Positions 8,901 through 18,966 of a stretch of DNA of 64,000 bases are shown piece by piece. Source of the stretch: a virus. Taxonomy: Duplodnaviria > Caudoviricetes. The DNA is taken from the IMG/VR virus record IMGVR_UViG_3300029906_000008, positions 1 through 64,000 of that record, one strand, 5' to 3'. Position 1 is the stretch's first letter; every line of letters starts with the position of its first letter. The notes beneath the pieces are model-generated. The model worked only from the letters and a program-made list of their open reading frames with translations, made no database searches and had not been told where the DNA came from. The translations under genes and the position numbers were made by a program.

Positions 8901-11711
8901 CGCGCTGTTCACCTTTACGGCCTTCACCTGCGATTCGCTCCACACCCACTTGGAGTTCAACTCGCCCTGCAGCCCCGTCACGTCCGATATGGCGTGCGAG
9001 TGCGCGGATGGAGCGAACGTAGAGGGCTTGCCGCTGATGTCGGCCCATGCCCACTTGGTCGGGAAGTCCGATATCTTCGCCTTGGTGATGCTCGGGATAT
9101 GCGACGCGTCTATGACCTTAGACGGGTCCTTGGCCTCGAGTTCCTGCCAGAGCCGGGCCACATCAAGGCCTCCAGAGCCAGCACCTCCCTCCTCGTCACC
9201 GAACGCGACGAAATCCCCGTCAGAGGTGACGGTAGAAGACACGTGCAGACGACCGCCGACAACGGAGACACGCACCGCGCCGTCCGCGGGGCCGATAAGG
9301 AAGCCGCTCTCGAAACGCTTCTCTCCCGTTATGGTCTGGTCGGTGGAGAGGGTGACGAAGTCGGAGGTGTTGATAACAGCGGAAGGAGTAGAAGCTGAAG
9401 TCGAAGCGGTAGTCCTTATTACCTCCTCTGTTATTTTGATCACTTGCATCCTGACCGCGTTCTGAGTGGTTCTCGCGGTTATTTCGCTCACCTTTTTATT
9501 GAGCAACTTGAATATCCTCTCTTCTTTCTCCTCTCTAAGCACTGCGGTAATAACAGGAACAGGCTTTTCACCTATCTCTATAGTAACAGAATCTATTATC
9601 CTGTAATCATAAGTTATAACCGTCTCTCCCTCCTCATTCTCGGCCTCTGAGCCCACATTAAGATTTCCGTCATACAGCGGCAGCAGCATACCCTCCTTTA
9701 TCTTGACGGAATCAAGATACGCCACCTTGTTGTCTATATCCAGCTCGAACACTTCCAGTCCGTCCTTATGTTTCCACAGCCACTTGACTGCCTCGTCGTA
9801 CAGCTTTTGCGAGGCCATCTGAACATACAGGTCGGGCATCTCAAGACCCGTCAGCACAAACTCGTCATCCTCCGATATCTTATAGATGCTGTTCGGGAAA
9901 AGCTGGTTCAGCGATTCGTCCTGCGAGCGGAAGCACTCGAACTTCCACGTCCCGGTAGCCTCGTCAAACTGAGTGGAGTTCTTCACGATGTTGAATGAGC
10001 GTCCGGAGCATCCTCCCGAATTCACCACCAGCTTGGCCTCCCCAGTGGAAGGGTAGGAGTTGATATCGAAGCCTATTTGCTTTATCCTGACCCAGAATTT
10101 ATTCTGCAAGATAATCGGCCCGGTAGAAGCAGTCAAAGATACTGCGCTCATTGTCAAAGAAACACTGTCTACACCTCCTGCATCAATATTGTACTGAAAT
10201 AATAGAACTCCTTTATAAGGAACTTTAATATAAAGAGGGCTATCCTTGCCGTTACTTCCCGCAAAATAAAAATCGCGGTAAGCGTATCTTCCGCCACCCG
10301 GATTTACTCCGGAAATAAATTCGCTATAGATTTTTACAGAATCACAGAGGGTTTTTACTCCATCTTCATCCACGGTATATACATTCAGTATAGCAGAATC
10401 AACAACAATACCAACTCCTGTGTTGAATCTGCAAAACGGCGTAGGATTGCCGGAAACCACTTTATAAGTCGCAGGAGTACTTATTTCCATCGAGGTCTCC
10501 AAATCCTCAATTATAGGGTCCAGCCCGTTTTTTGTGCCTACAACAGTCCTGTCCTCTCCCTTACTTACATTAAATCCGATGCTGTCCATATAAACTTCCC
10601 CGTCACTCTCCACGCCTTTGTCCGCGATGCTCTCAGCTTCCACAATTTTATCCATTCTCTCATCGTCGGGATAGAGCGTTGCGTAGGGCACGTTGGAAGT
10701 GTCGCCCATCTCCTCCTTGGCCGCGCGTATCATCCCTGCGGTCACGCCCTTGATGGTAGGCTCTATCTTCTCGGTGTCGTTGCTGCCGTCAAAGTATATG
10801 GACTTTTCGCGCACACCGTATCTTGACATCGAGATGTCGTTCTCGTCTATATCCGTGCTGTCGATATAAGCCGTTATGGGGTCGTTCTGATTCTTCCACT
10901 TGCTGCGCGGTATCATGAGGTTGGGCAGATAGATGCCATCGTCTATGCCGTCAAGATTGTTGTAGTACCTTGCCGGAAGATTGTCCGTGCTGCCGTAGGC
11001 CCTCAGCCTTGTTATGACTGGCTTTTCGGCACTCATGCGCTTTGTGAGCGAATACAGTCCGTTGCCCTTGCCGTAACTTTTCGCAGAAGCAGCATCCAGA
11101 GCATGGTTAAAGACGATACAGTTGTTGCCATTGCTGTCCAGCATGAATACATAGGTGATCTTCCATGTCTCATACGGAATGCTAAGGGCATCAAGGCAAT
11201 TCTGATTCGACAGGCTTATTTCCTTGTAGTCATGAAGTATATCATAATTAGCATTTGAACTGTCGTCATATCCCTCAACCGTCACTTTCCATCCGGAAGA
11301 GTATATCCTGTTCAGGTTGGCCTGCAACCTGTCCGCAAAATCCTTTATATCTCCGAAGAACGAGAATACAGGCAAGGTTGAGTAATGAATGTTGTTGTCC
11401 GACAATACCGTATCAAGAAAGTCTATCGAGGACAACAGACCGAGCGGAGACTTGAACACGACATTCTCATAGACAAATGCGTTGCCGACGCTCCCGGATG
11501 ATGACTGCTTCTGCACCTGCGGCAAATCTATTATTGAGTACCGTATTCCGTCATAGCTGAACACGATATAGTCGCCCACCTCGAAGCCGAGAGGCACGGG
11601 GCCGTCAATCTCCACTTCGAGCTGAGGTACACCCATAAATGAACCTGTGTATCGCACTGATTTTGCGGTACACTTCATTTCTCCATTTTTTGAATATATA
11701 ATCTCAGCCAT
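5967..11711 (-). CDS. Large tail tip/hub-fibre protein (prophage tail protein N-terminus, fibre C-terminus)
   Basis: 1914 aa; 'SYGKGNGLYSL...ITRLRAYGS..NLP..YY' tail-tip motif; repeated 'YLRLSGGTMSG' and 'GNVGIGTT..YKLDVAG' fibre motifs. Confidence 0.8.
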   Translation of the reverse strand: MAEIIYSKNGEMKCTAKSVRYTGSFMGVPQLEVEIDGPVPLGFEVGDYIVFSYDGIRYSIIDLPQVQKQSSSGSVGNAFVYENVVFKSPLGLLSSIDFLDTVLSDNNIHYSTLPVFSFFGDIKDFADRLQANLNRIYSSGWKVTVEGYDDSSNANYDILHDYKEISLSNQNCLDALSIPYETWKITYVFMLDSNGNNCIVFNHALDAASAKSYGKGNGLYSLTKRMSAEKPVITRLRAYGSTDNLPARYYNNLDGIDDGIYLPNLMIPRSKWKNQNDPITAYIDSTDIDENDISMSRYGVREKSIYFDGSNDTEKIEPTIKGVTAGMIRAAKEEMGDTSNVPYATLYPDDERMDKIVEAESIADKGVESDGEVYMDSIGFNVSKGEDRTVVGTKNGLDPIIEDLETSMEISTPATYKVVSGNPTPFCRFNTGVGIVVDSAILNVYTVDEDGVKTLCDSVKIYSEFISGVNPGGGRYAYRDFYFAGSNGKDSPLYIKVPYKGVLLFQYNIDAGGVDSVSLTMSAVSLTASTGPIILQNKFWVRIKQIGFDINSYPSTGEAKLVVNSGGCSGRSFNIVKNSTQFDEATGTWKFECFRSQDESLNQLFPNSIYKISEDDEFVLTGLEMPDLYVQMASQKLYDEAVKWLWKHKDGLEVFELDIDNKVAYLDSVKIKEGMLLPLYDGNLNVGSEAENEEGETVITYDYRIIDSVTIEIGEKPVPVITAVLREEKEERIFKLLNKKVSEITARTTQNAVRMQVIKITEEVIRTTASTSASTPSAVINTSDFVTLSTDQTITGEKRFESGFLIGPADGAVRVSVVGGRLHVSSTVTSDGDFVAFGDEEGGAGSGGLDVARLWQELEAKDPSKVIDASHIPSITKAKISDFPTKWAWADISGKPSTFAPSAHSHAISDVTGLQGELNSKWVWSESQVKAVKVNSAVSADNADTLDGVHANGLLTALTSSADTNLSITVGGKPLSVADLYAKYADQLRTARKINGTEFLGTQDITTAKWGMARSMRIGDYYGSNGAAVSIDGSSTSGYVLPLPQSIKVKTLDVDGVTLSVVDGRLHISATATSAGDFVAYGDEAGSSGSGGLDVARLWQELGGSVSNKVIAIEHIPSIPTSKITGLDNALSGYVSSVTTSGAGNAVTGYAKSGNTLTLKKDLTFLTSVSLATISDLHSSWDAVLKAQKPAWLTTVSLATISDLNSSWDALLKVAPTKYVTRWPTASEVGALTQATADGRYLRLSGGTMSGDITMSGCSIRIPQSPSASSYNGILNADGSKAILAYYGDNTYTGLMTGTHYLRSGATSLIHRRNGADYTILDTGNYTGVLDSRYMRIGSSGYPTAYRKVFNLNGTAWSFLGTTTDAPTAYAPTTAGTSGYVLQSTGGTPAWAAQSSLVVKGIYERSLGVAAGDTMADLKSALTTQMGSGLNKPGSMGFVTTAAVANIMSNWANDDYKLVAGSRTNFLRLDGYGSSTYGVFLVSGYLGSFYRLLKNSSTAWGGPYLILDTGNYASTLDSRYVNISGDTMTGTLKINSSSEAFIRYQISGSSKAASGYLASQGAYLYSYPANKYLHITDAGSLLFGSSTVWHSGNDGPGSGLNADLLDGYQASSFLLRSGGTMTGNLTLKSMGGTWLGGKTQAPIMTNGASSTSGNTYHPVIWGKTDAGDVWNLGHGASDQVGFFGFYSERTTNGTDWAHYIKVSDGTVHFNKTVYGTTFSGTLSGNATSATKLQTSRTLWGRPFNGEGNVSGDMTGVGRIVASGPIRTYSINIECDDTGTLGGYAGEINRIGLKNPLYLQHRGGNLYICANGGNVGIGTTSSAYKLDVAGEIRATSGITIGSTDDIGWYPNENRITAGHSIARGVNVGSLLVSNAWADYTKVPTNGIYSKGDIWTGGKLYIPSSSGNNVFDAYIA

Positions 11712-11728
11712 TGCAATCTTCTCCTATG

Positions 11729-12256
11729 TTATATTTCTTCCTCGCCCCCTGCGGGTTCCTCTTGTTCTCCGCCGCTGTTTTCTGTAAAGGACAGCACTAC
11801 CGCCGTCTTTGGATTATTGATTTTGAAAGTCACGGTAAAACTCAATACCTCCTCCGTAACATCCACTCCATTCCTGCGAAGCGTATGCTTGCTGTATCTC
11901 GCATCGTCATGAAGCTCCGACAGACGGACATTCTGCCGTCCTACTCCCGAATACTCACAGTAGAACGAGAACGTGCCGGACCTGAGCCATTCAAGGAACG
12001 TATTCAGTTTATCAAATACCGTATTTGATGAATCCGTACTGCTGCATCCGAAAGTGAAGTCGCACTCAGCCGCCTCATACCTTATAGTTTCCGGTATATA
12101 CTCGTCATCTCCGTCCTCATCAGGCCATGAGTGCGAATAGATGTTCTTGGGTACAAGAGGTATGACGGACGGCATATCCTCCAATACCATCCCGTATGAC
12201 TGGAATACGTCAGTCACAGCCCCGTCGTCACCTATCTTTATCAGAAATCTATTCAT
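11729..12256 (-). CDS. Distal tail (Dit-like) protein
   Basis: Sits between tape measure and tail tip genes; 'WPDEDGDDEYIP' motif. Confidence 0.6.
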   Translation of the reverse strand: MNRFLIKIGDDGAVTDVFQSYGMVLEDMPSVIPLVPKNIYSHSWPDEDGDDEYIPETIRYEAAECDFTFGCSSTDSSNTVFDKLNTFLEWLRSGTFSFYCEYSGVGRQNVRLSELHDDARYSKHTLRRNGVDVTEEVLSFTVTFKINNPKTAVVLSFTENSGGEQEEPAGGEEEI

Positions 12257-12257
12257 A

Positions 12258-15200
12258 TCACATCATCCTTGCATTGATTGCCATCGAGCTGCCGGAGGTT
12301 GTAAGACTTTTCATCAGCCTGCCCATTTGGTCGGTGTTTTCCTTTATTACGGCGGTATTGCCGTTTATCTCTTTCAGTATCGCCAGCCCGACATTAATAT
12401 TCTCGTTTATCGTCCTCAGATAGTCGGACTGCTCGACAGCCCTTTCCACTATCTGCGCGACATGGGCGCGTATGGCGTTCACATAGCTGGCCAGCAGGTC
12501 GGCCTGCTCCTCGGTAATCCTGTCTATTCCCTCGGCAAGACTCTCTCCCTGCCCGTAAAGTGAAGATATATCGAGACCATTGGCGATCATATAGTCGAGC
12601 CAGTCCTGATATGCCTCCATGCCTGTACCGAGAACATCCCCAAGCCCTCCGTAAAGCTCAAAAAGAACATCAGAGATAGCCTTTGAGGGATTGTCGCTTT
12701 CAAAGGCATCTCTCAAATCATCCTCGAACTGCTCCAGGTATGCCCCTACAACGAACTCCTGTATCATCTGACGGCCTATATTGTCAATCGCCGCCACTGC
12801 CGAGTCGTTGAAAGCATCCCATGCATCAGCACCGTTCAGCACCGCATCAAATATTGCATTGCTGATATCAGAAGTAATAGAGTCCATAAGAGAGGACAAA
12901 TACTCATCCACAACTCCCATCAACTCATCGTACTGCTCCTTTGTATCAATCACATACTGCAACTGATTCCTTTGTTCATCGGTAATCTGGGTATTAGTCT
13001 CCAGAAACGCCTTGGCATTCTCCACATTCAGACTTCCGTCCTCATTGAAAATCTCAGGAGCAAGGTCAACAAGGGATGAGTATTTGTCGGTCGCACCGAA
13101 AAACTCTGCGAATCCGTTATAGTCCTTTGTCTTTATCGCCATGCCCTGTAAGTCGGTAAGGCCCCTTTCGTATGCGTCAAGAAGAGTCCAATACTCTTTC
13201 ATTTGTCCGATTCCAAAACTTACATTATTGTAATCATTGAAATCCGGCTTACTCATCCTTCGGTTAGCCACCCTGTTATATTCTTCAAGAGTCTGTTTGG
13301 CCTTTGCGTATGCGTCGATGGCTTTCTGCAACTCATTCGTACCGAATATCCCATCATAATCCTCATCGCTAATGCTCAACTCGTTCAGTGCAAGAGTGCG
13401 TCTGAATTCACGCATACTCTCATTAAGCTCATCAACATATTCCCTTGTATGGGCTATGGAATCTACTATGGATGTAAGCAGTGAACTTATCATGCCTATG
13501 GCGAATCCAGCCCAGTTTCCTGATTTTACGGCAGACGTTACGTCGGATGCTATATTACCTATCGCACTTAAAGCATTGCCGAATGATTCGAGATTAGCAT
13601 TCTCCATATCTGCCCCGAGAGAGGAAATCTCGCTTCCGAGAGAAGACACGGCATTGGCGCTTTCTATTATATTGTCATATATCTTTTTTGAACTTTCATT
13701 TTCTGTATTTTCTATAATAATACCCAGTTGTGCAAGAGCCTCTTTAAGCATCTCTATTTTGGAAAGCAAGGTGGAATCTATATCCTCACCCAACACCTCC
13801 GCGATGCTCTGCTCCCTCTGAGCACCTACAAGCTCATTCTGCATCTCTCCGTAAATTTCCCAGAGCACATCAAGCTGTCCCTGAATCTGCTTTATGGTCT
13901 TGTCCGCATAGTCCGACAAGTCCAGCCTGTTGGCCTTAATCTGCTCATCAACATATTTGGATGCAAGGTCGCGTATCTTCTCCCCGGCATTGGCCTGAAT
14001 ATTCTCCAGTTTCGCGTTATAGAGCCTGTCCACGGCCTCCATGGCCGAATTATACTCATCAACATTCTCATTGATGTCAAACCGCTTCTGAATATCCTTG
14101 CGGTTCTCGTCCCGCTCACGGCGCAGGTCATTCTCCTGCTTGCGCAGGTCTGATACTATCTTGGAGAAGTCATGCTCCACTCCGCTGCCGCTCACGGCCA
14201 TGATTCCCGCCAGTTCCTCATACACGCCTCTCAGCCGCTCGGAAATCTTCTCAGCCTCCTGAAGCTCTTTCAGCCTCTTGCGCATGCTCTCCTCCAGTGC
14301 GTCCTCATCCACCTCGTCCGCATAGGCCGACATCTCGGGAGTGCCCTGCCTGAGCATGTCTGTGTAGACCTTGATGGCATTATCGAAATCATAGCCTTTA
14401 AGATAGTCAAGAGCGGTCTTATCCATTCCGTGCCTGCCGAGTTCACCGAGCATACTGCCGAAAAGAGACACCATATTGGCATCCTGCACTCCAAGTTCCT
14501 TGAACTCAGCATACAAGTCCTTTAAATCCTGTATGCGCTTTATCCAGTCGCGTATCATGTCCAGACGCTCCTTGGCCTCCTTGTCGGCGGCTTTTTGACG
14601 CTCCTTGATAGTTCCGTAGTTCTCAAAGCCCTCTCCGAATCCGAGCAAGACGGAAAGCTTGTTGAGCATATCCCGCTGGTTCTCCAATGCCTTGACAGCG
14701 GAATCACTCAGGTTGCCCGTGCCGACCTTGCTCAGTTTCTCAACAGCGTCATCATAGTCCTGCTTCCACCTGTCGAAGTGCTCGAACGGCCCCTCATAAT
14801 CCGGCCTGAAATAGAGCTGCGCGAACACGTTCTTTATCTCGGATGCTTTCTGAATCCAGCCGGAAGTATCGGTGTTCAGCATTCTGTCCAGTTCATTTGC
14901 ATAGCTGTTCTGTTTTGATGTATCCCCAAGCTCGGCATATAGGTCAATAAGCGACCTCAGCCTTGCAATCTGGGCCTCACGCATTGCCGCCTCTCTTTCG
15001 GAATAGGACATATTGGCGGCATTGATATCAGCGAGAGCATCTTGATATATCTTCTCCACCTCTCCGGCTCTTCGCCTCTCGTCGGCAGTCTCATATATGT
15101 CGAAAGTACTGTCTGACAGCATGGATGCAAATTCCAAGTCCTCATATTTATCAGAAGTATTGCTCAGCCATTTCCTCGCAAATGTCTTCATGCTGTCTGA

Positions 15201-17165
15201 CAGCTCGTACTCGGCGTCAGTATAGGATTTCACAGTCTCCTCAAACGAATCAAAAAAGTCCCTTTCGTTTCTCGACCGCTCTGTCGTGCCTCCTCCTATT
15301 GACATGGGAGAATAACTGAGTTTCCCACCTCTTATGGCCTCCTCAGACTGCATTGTCCACATCCTGATTATATCCCCTGCCTCAGCATTGGTGATTCCGA
15401 GTTCCCTCATGAGTCTGTCTCGCAAATTACCTGCGCTCTCAGCTATATCCGAGTCATACTCCTCGCTTATCTTGTTCATCTGCGCCTCATACGCCTGCGC
15501 CTGAGCCTTGGCGTATATAGCCTGAGTGATGCTCTCGTACTTGCTTGTCACCACATCGAGAGCATCAGCCTCGCTGAGAAGATGAGGCAGATACTCTCCG
15601 TACTTGGCATTAAGAGCCGATACCGCATCGGAGTAGTTCTTAGAGCCTTTCTCGGCCTCTGTCAACTGCTTGATGAGTTTGTTGAAGCCGTACACAGACT
15701 CCTCCGCCTTATTGAAATCGATCGCAGCGGTCTCCTCCAGACTATCTTTAAGCTCATTTGAGCGTCTTATGACACGCCATATCACGGTCGCAAGAGCCGC
15801 AAGTCCTGCAAGAGCCGTAGCCCACGGGTTCTTGCCGAGAAACGCACCCAACTGTTTCATACTCTTGGACAGCCGGGCGAAACTGGCTGCGGCAGTGCCG
15901 TTTCTTGCCGCCAAGAGAAGGGCTGCGGCATTATACATTCCGAAAGCGGCCACAGCGGCCATAGCCGCATCAACGACAAGGTGGAAGTTCTCGATAAGCG
16001 ACCTTATAGCCCCGACTGCACCTTTCAGGAATCCCTCGCTGCTGCTGCCAAGCTCGTACATCGCAATCTGCCATGCGTCTATAAGGTTGGTCACCTGACC
16101 TCTCAGGGTCTCCGCCTGAACCTCCTGCATCCGGTAGAACTTGCCTCCCTCCGAAGTCATGTTCTTAAATGCCTGCTCAACCATCTCGAAAGGAACCTGC
16201 CTTGTGGATATCCTCTCGAACACCTCTCCGATGGTCACGGCCTGACCCTCCATCTGTGTGAACATCTTGGCTAAATCCTCCAGTATGGGGACTCCGGCCT
16301 CGGTCAACTGCCGCACCTCGGAACCGCGCAGCACCGCAGCGCTGCGTATCTGCGAATAGGCCAGTACAATACGGCCCATATCCACACCTAATCCGGCAGA
16401 GATGTCCGAGAGCATCTTGGTGGTCTCGAACAGCTCCCCGACAGGAACTGAGAATGCCGCCAGCTGCTTCGAGAATCCCATCAAGTCCATGAACTGGAAA
16501 GGAGACTGCACGGCAAGGGCCTTGGTCTGCGAGAATATCTTGTCAGCCGCATTGATGTCGTTGAGCATGGCTCTCAGCGACACTCTCTGCAACTCGAACT
16601 CTCCCGTAATCCTGACAAGGCTCTGGATGAACTGGGATGCCGTCCAGATGCTGACATAGGAGCCTGCGGCGGTTTTCAACTGTGTCAGCAGACGGCCCTG
16701 CTTTCCGAGCTCGGTGTTTGCCGCTGCGGCAAGCCGCTCCTGCCTGCGCCAGTAGTCCGCGTTGTCTACGGCTTTTGAAGCAGTAAGGTTATTGACGGCA
16801 GTCATGAACACATCACGGCGGTTAGCCCTGCTCTGTGCGGCTGCAACCGCATTCAACGCGACTGCTTTCTGCTTCAGCCACTGCGTTGTCTCCGCAAGTC
16901 CGTTTCTCTCACTTGTTAAAGATGCTATATACTCCTTAAAGTCGAGCTTGCCCTGCGCTTTTTCAATTCTGTTGAGTTCCTTGATGTATTGCTGATTGGC
17001 TTTGGAAAGGGAATCGAGATGTTTCTTGGCGTATTTCTCCAATGCAGACAGCTCCTCCTTGGGCTTGTCAAGCTCCTTCATGAACTTGTCGAAGCCCTCC
17101 ACATCCCCGACCTTGATGCCGAGGGTGAAGAACAGATTGCCCAGATTTCCATTACCGCCTGCCAT
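12258..17165 (-). CDS. Tail tape measure protein
   Basis: 1635 aa, alpha-helical; tape-measure domain 'FELQRVSL..ML.....A..IF......A..SPF....L.....QL'. Confidence 0.9.
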   Translation of the reverse strand: MAGGNGNLGNLFFTLGIKVGDVEGFDKFMKELDKPKEELSALEKYAKKHLDSLSKANQQYIKELNRIEKAQGKLDFKEYIASLTSERNGLAETTQWLKQKAVALNAVAAAQSRANRRDVFMTAVNNLTASKAVDNADYWRRQERLAAAANTELGKQGRLLTQLKTAAGSYVSIWTASQFIQSLVRITGEFELQRVSLRAMLNDINAADKIFSQTKALAVQSPFQFMDLMGFSKQLAAFSVPVGELFETTKMLSDISAGLGVDMGRIVLAYSQIRSAAVLRGSEVRQLTEAGVPILEDLAKMFTQMEGQAVTIGEVFERISTRQVPFEMVEQAFKNMTSEGGKFYRMQEVQAETLRGQVTNLIDAWQIAMYELGSSSEGFLKGAVGAIRSLIENFHLVVDAAMAAVAAFGMYNAAALLLAARNGTAAASFARLSKSMKQLGAFLGKNPWATALAGLAALATVIWRVIRRSNELKDSLEETAAIDFNKAEESVYGFNKLIKQLTEAEKGSKNYSDAVSALNAKYGEYLPHLLSEADALDVVTSKYESITQAIYAKAQAQAYEAQMNKISEEYDSDIAESAGNLRDRLMRELGITNAEAGDIIRMWTMQSEEAIRGGKLSYSPMSIGGGTTERSRNERDFFDSFEETVKSYTDAEYELSDSMKTFARKWLSNTSDKYEDLEFASMLSDSTFDIYETADERRRAGEVEKIYQDALADINAANMSYSEREAAMREAQIARLRSLIDLYAELGDTSKQNSYANELDRMLNTDTSGWIQKASEIKNVFAQLYFRPDYEGPFEHFDRWKQDYDDAVEKLSKVGTGNLSDSAVKALENQRDMLNKLSVLLGFGEGFENYGTIKERQKAADKEAKERLDMIRDWIKRIQDLKDLYAEFKELGVQDANMVSLFGSMLGELGRHGMDKTALDYLKGYDFDNAIKVYTDMLRQGTPEMSAYADEVDEDALEESMRKRLKELQEAEKISERLRGVYEELAGIMAVSGSGVEHDFSKIVSDLRKQENDLRRERDENRKDIQKRFDINENVDEYNSAMEAVDRLYNAKLENIQANAGEKIRDLASKYVDEQIKANRLDLSDYADKTIKQIQGQLDVLWEIYGEMQNELVGAQREQSIAEVLGEDIDSTLLSKIEMLKEALAQLGIIIENTENESSKKIYDNIIESANAVSSLGSEISSLGADMENANLESFGNALSAIGNIASDVTSAVKSGNWAGFAIGMISSLLTSIVDSIAHTREYVDELNESMREFRRTLALNELSISDEDYDGIFGTNELQKAIDAYAKAKQTLEEYNRVANRRMSKPDFNDYNNVSFGIGQMKEYWTLLDAYERGLTDLQGMAIKTKDYNGFAEFFGATDKYSSLVDLAPEIFNEDGSLNVENAKAFLETNTQITDEQRNQLQYVIDTKEQYDELMGVVDEYLSSLMDSITSDISNAIFDAVLNGADAWDAFNDSAVAAIDNIGRQMIQEFVVGAYLEQFEDDLRDAFESDNPSKAISDVLFELYGGLGDVLGTGMEAYQDWLDYMIANGLDISSLYGQGESLAEGIDRITEEQADLLASYVNAIRAHVAQIVERAVEQSDYLRTINENINVGLAILKEINGNTAVIKENTDQMGRLMKSLTTSGSSMAINARMM

Positions 17166-17177
17166 AGTATATTGTTA

Positions 17178-17396
17178 TTATTCCTTACCTGTCTTTATTC
17201 CCAAATCCGAAAGTTTTACCGTCTTGTAGTTCTGTCCCTTTTTCTTTTTCTCGTTGTATTTTCTTATGGCCTCCTGAGCATCGCTTATGCTCGGTCCGTC
17301 CTTTTCCGAACTGAGAGACGGATAGATTGTAGTATCCGTACACATCAGCTCTATATATGCGTTGGAATAGCCCCACAGCCATCCCCACTGCCTCAC
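17178..17396 (-). CDS. Tail assembly chaperone T part (probably made by frameshift from the upstream gene)
   Basis: Frame stays open upstream to about 17620, overlapping the G gene in the -1 frame. Confidence 0.55.
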   Translation of the reverse strand: MRQWGWLWGYSNAYIELMCTDTTIYPSLSSEKDGPSISDAQEAIRKYNEKKKKGQNYKTVKLSDLGIKTGKE

Positions 17397-17398
17397 CT

Positions 17399-17899
17399 CT
17401 ATGAGTCCGAAGAAGAAGTACCTTGACTGGAAGAGGAAGGGGTATTTCTCTGCGACGAGTCCTGCTGTGCCGACCGATGTTCGCGGAGGAAGTCTTCTAT
17501 CTCCCTTCTTGTCATCGTCATCAGAGTATCTTTTAATCCTATCTGCGATATCATAGTCTCGTAGTATGGTTTGAGCTGTACTTTTTTTTTGCAGAACTCT
17601 ATGAACCTGCCCAGTTCCTCGTCAGAGTACCTGTCCCACATCCACCGCCATACGGCCCAATGGAAAAGCCTTATCCTCCAGTATGAGTTGAGCCAGTACG
17701 CAGCAGCAAGGCGGCTTGTGACAGTATCCTCATACACACCCGCAGACGCGCTGTTGAGTATGGCCGTCACCTTGCGCAACGTACCCTTGCGTATCCATCT
17801 TATCTTGGAGAAACGCCTTGACAAAGGGCTGTCCACCTTGATATAGGCATCCTCCAGCAGTGATTCCAATTCGGCCTGATTCTTGACTTTTCTCGGCAT
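17399..17899 (-). CDS. Tail assembly chaperone G
   Basis: Between major tail and tape measure genes; low-complexity Ser-rich end. Confidence 0.65.
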   Translation of the reverse strand: MPRKVKNQAELESLLEDAYIKVDSPLSRRFSKIRWIRKGTLRKVTAILNSASAGVYEDTVTSRLAAAYWLNSYWRIRLFHWAVWRWMWDRYSDEELGRFIEFCKKKVQLKPYYETMISQIGLKDTLMTMTRREIEDFLREHRSAQQDSSQRNTPSSSSQGTSSSDS

Positions 17900-17958
17900 A
17901 TAGTCTTTTTATAAAAGGGAGAGGAGAGAACCCCTCTCCCGATATCATTGATACTGTC

Positions 17959-18567
17959 TTAGTCCCCTGAGGGCGTATAGGTTCCGAAGAGCACGTCTCC
18001 ATCGGTGTCACCGTCCACGGGAGTGGTGAAGCTGCCCACAAGGCGGATTCCGTTGGGATTGGTTCCGTCAAGCAGTACGGGCTGCGCGAATCCGCGGAAG
18101 TTCTTCACCATGAAGGAGTAGTTGTTATCCTCCGCAATGACCCACAGCATACCCTCCACCATTTTCGGGGTGAGGTCTATGCCGGAGAAAGCCCACGATC
18201 CGGCCTTTCCCGACGGATGAGTTGTCGCGGTCTCGGTGATTCCGTTGGCGACAGTGGTCTTCTTGAAGCCGAGTTCCAGCAGCGCGTCATCCACGGCTGC
18301 AAGTGTCAGTTCAATAGTACTGTCCCCAGGCTCACCGAGGACGGAAGTCCACGGAATCTGCGTACCGTAGACATAACTATGCTCCAGCGACGGCTCTGCG
18401 GGCTGGAATGTCACGGAGTCTCTCAAAATGGGCACCTCGAGAAACTCTATGTTTCCCGAACCGGCAAGGGCCTGCCTCTTCGAGCACCATCTGAACTGGC
18501 TTACTCCGGCGAACTTCTTTGTCCAGTCCTTGAGCGTCTTGCTCAGTGTAAGTGTTGAATCTGCCAT
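17959..18567 (-). CDS. Major tail tube protein
   Basis: 202 aa beta-rich; position in the head-tail module. Confidence 0.65.
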   Translation of the reverse strand: MADSTLTLSKTLKDWTKKFAGVSQFRWCSKRQALAGSGNIEFLEVPILRDSVTFQPAEPSLEHSYVYGTQIPWTSVLGEPGDSTIELTLAAVDDALLELGFKKTTVANGITETATTHPSGKAGSWAFSGIDLTPKMVEGMLWVIAEDNNYSFMVKNFRGFAQPVLLDGTNPNGIRLVGSFTTPVDGDTDGDVLFGTYTPSGD

Positions 18568-18579
18568 GATATTTTCCTT

Positions 18580-18966
18580 TTATTTGATTAATATTTCCAG
18601 TGTTATGTGCCATACGTGGAATCCCAGAGAATCCGAGCCTCCGTCATGAACGGTGGGATTGCTCACGGTATATGAGCTGTCAGAAAGAGGGAGCAAGGCG
18701 TAAAGACTTTCCTGCATCCTGCTGAGAGCGGGCAGATTCTCCCATTTTCCGGCAATGTCCCTCGCGTAGAGAGATACCCGGCATGTGGTATTGCCGCAGC
18801 CCAGCTTGTCATAAAGGGCCGAGGGAAGCGCCACCACCACGAAGTCCTCCATCTGTTCCTCCGATGCCGGAGGCCTGTTGCCCTGGAAGACATTCGCGCT
18901 GACTGTCTCCAGTCCGCCGCTTATGAACGCATAGAGTTTCTTTATGTCATAGTTTCCCGCCTTCAT
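18580..18966 (-). CDS. Tail terminator/completion protein
   Basis: Size and synteny; 'VFQGNRPP...DFVVV' pattern. Confidence 0.55.
   Translation of the reverse strand: MKAGNYDIKKLYAFISGGLETVSANVFQGNRPPASEEQMEDFVVVALPSALYDKLGCGNTTCRVSLYARDIAGKWENLPALSRMQESLYALLPLSDSSYTVSNPTVHDGGSDSLGFHVWHITLEILIK

Noticed and set aside
3256-11711. Diversity-generating retroelement acting on the tail fibre
   Set aside because: No reverse transcriptase in the window, and the repeat pairs seen do not differ specifically at adenines; cannot be excluded for sequence outside the window
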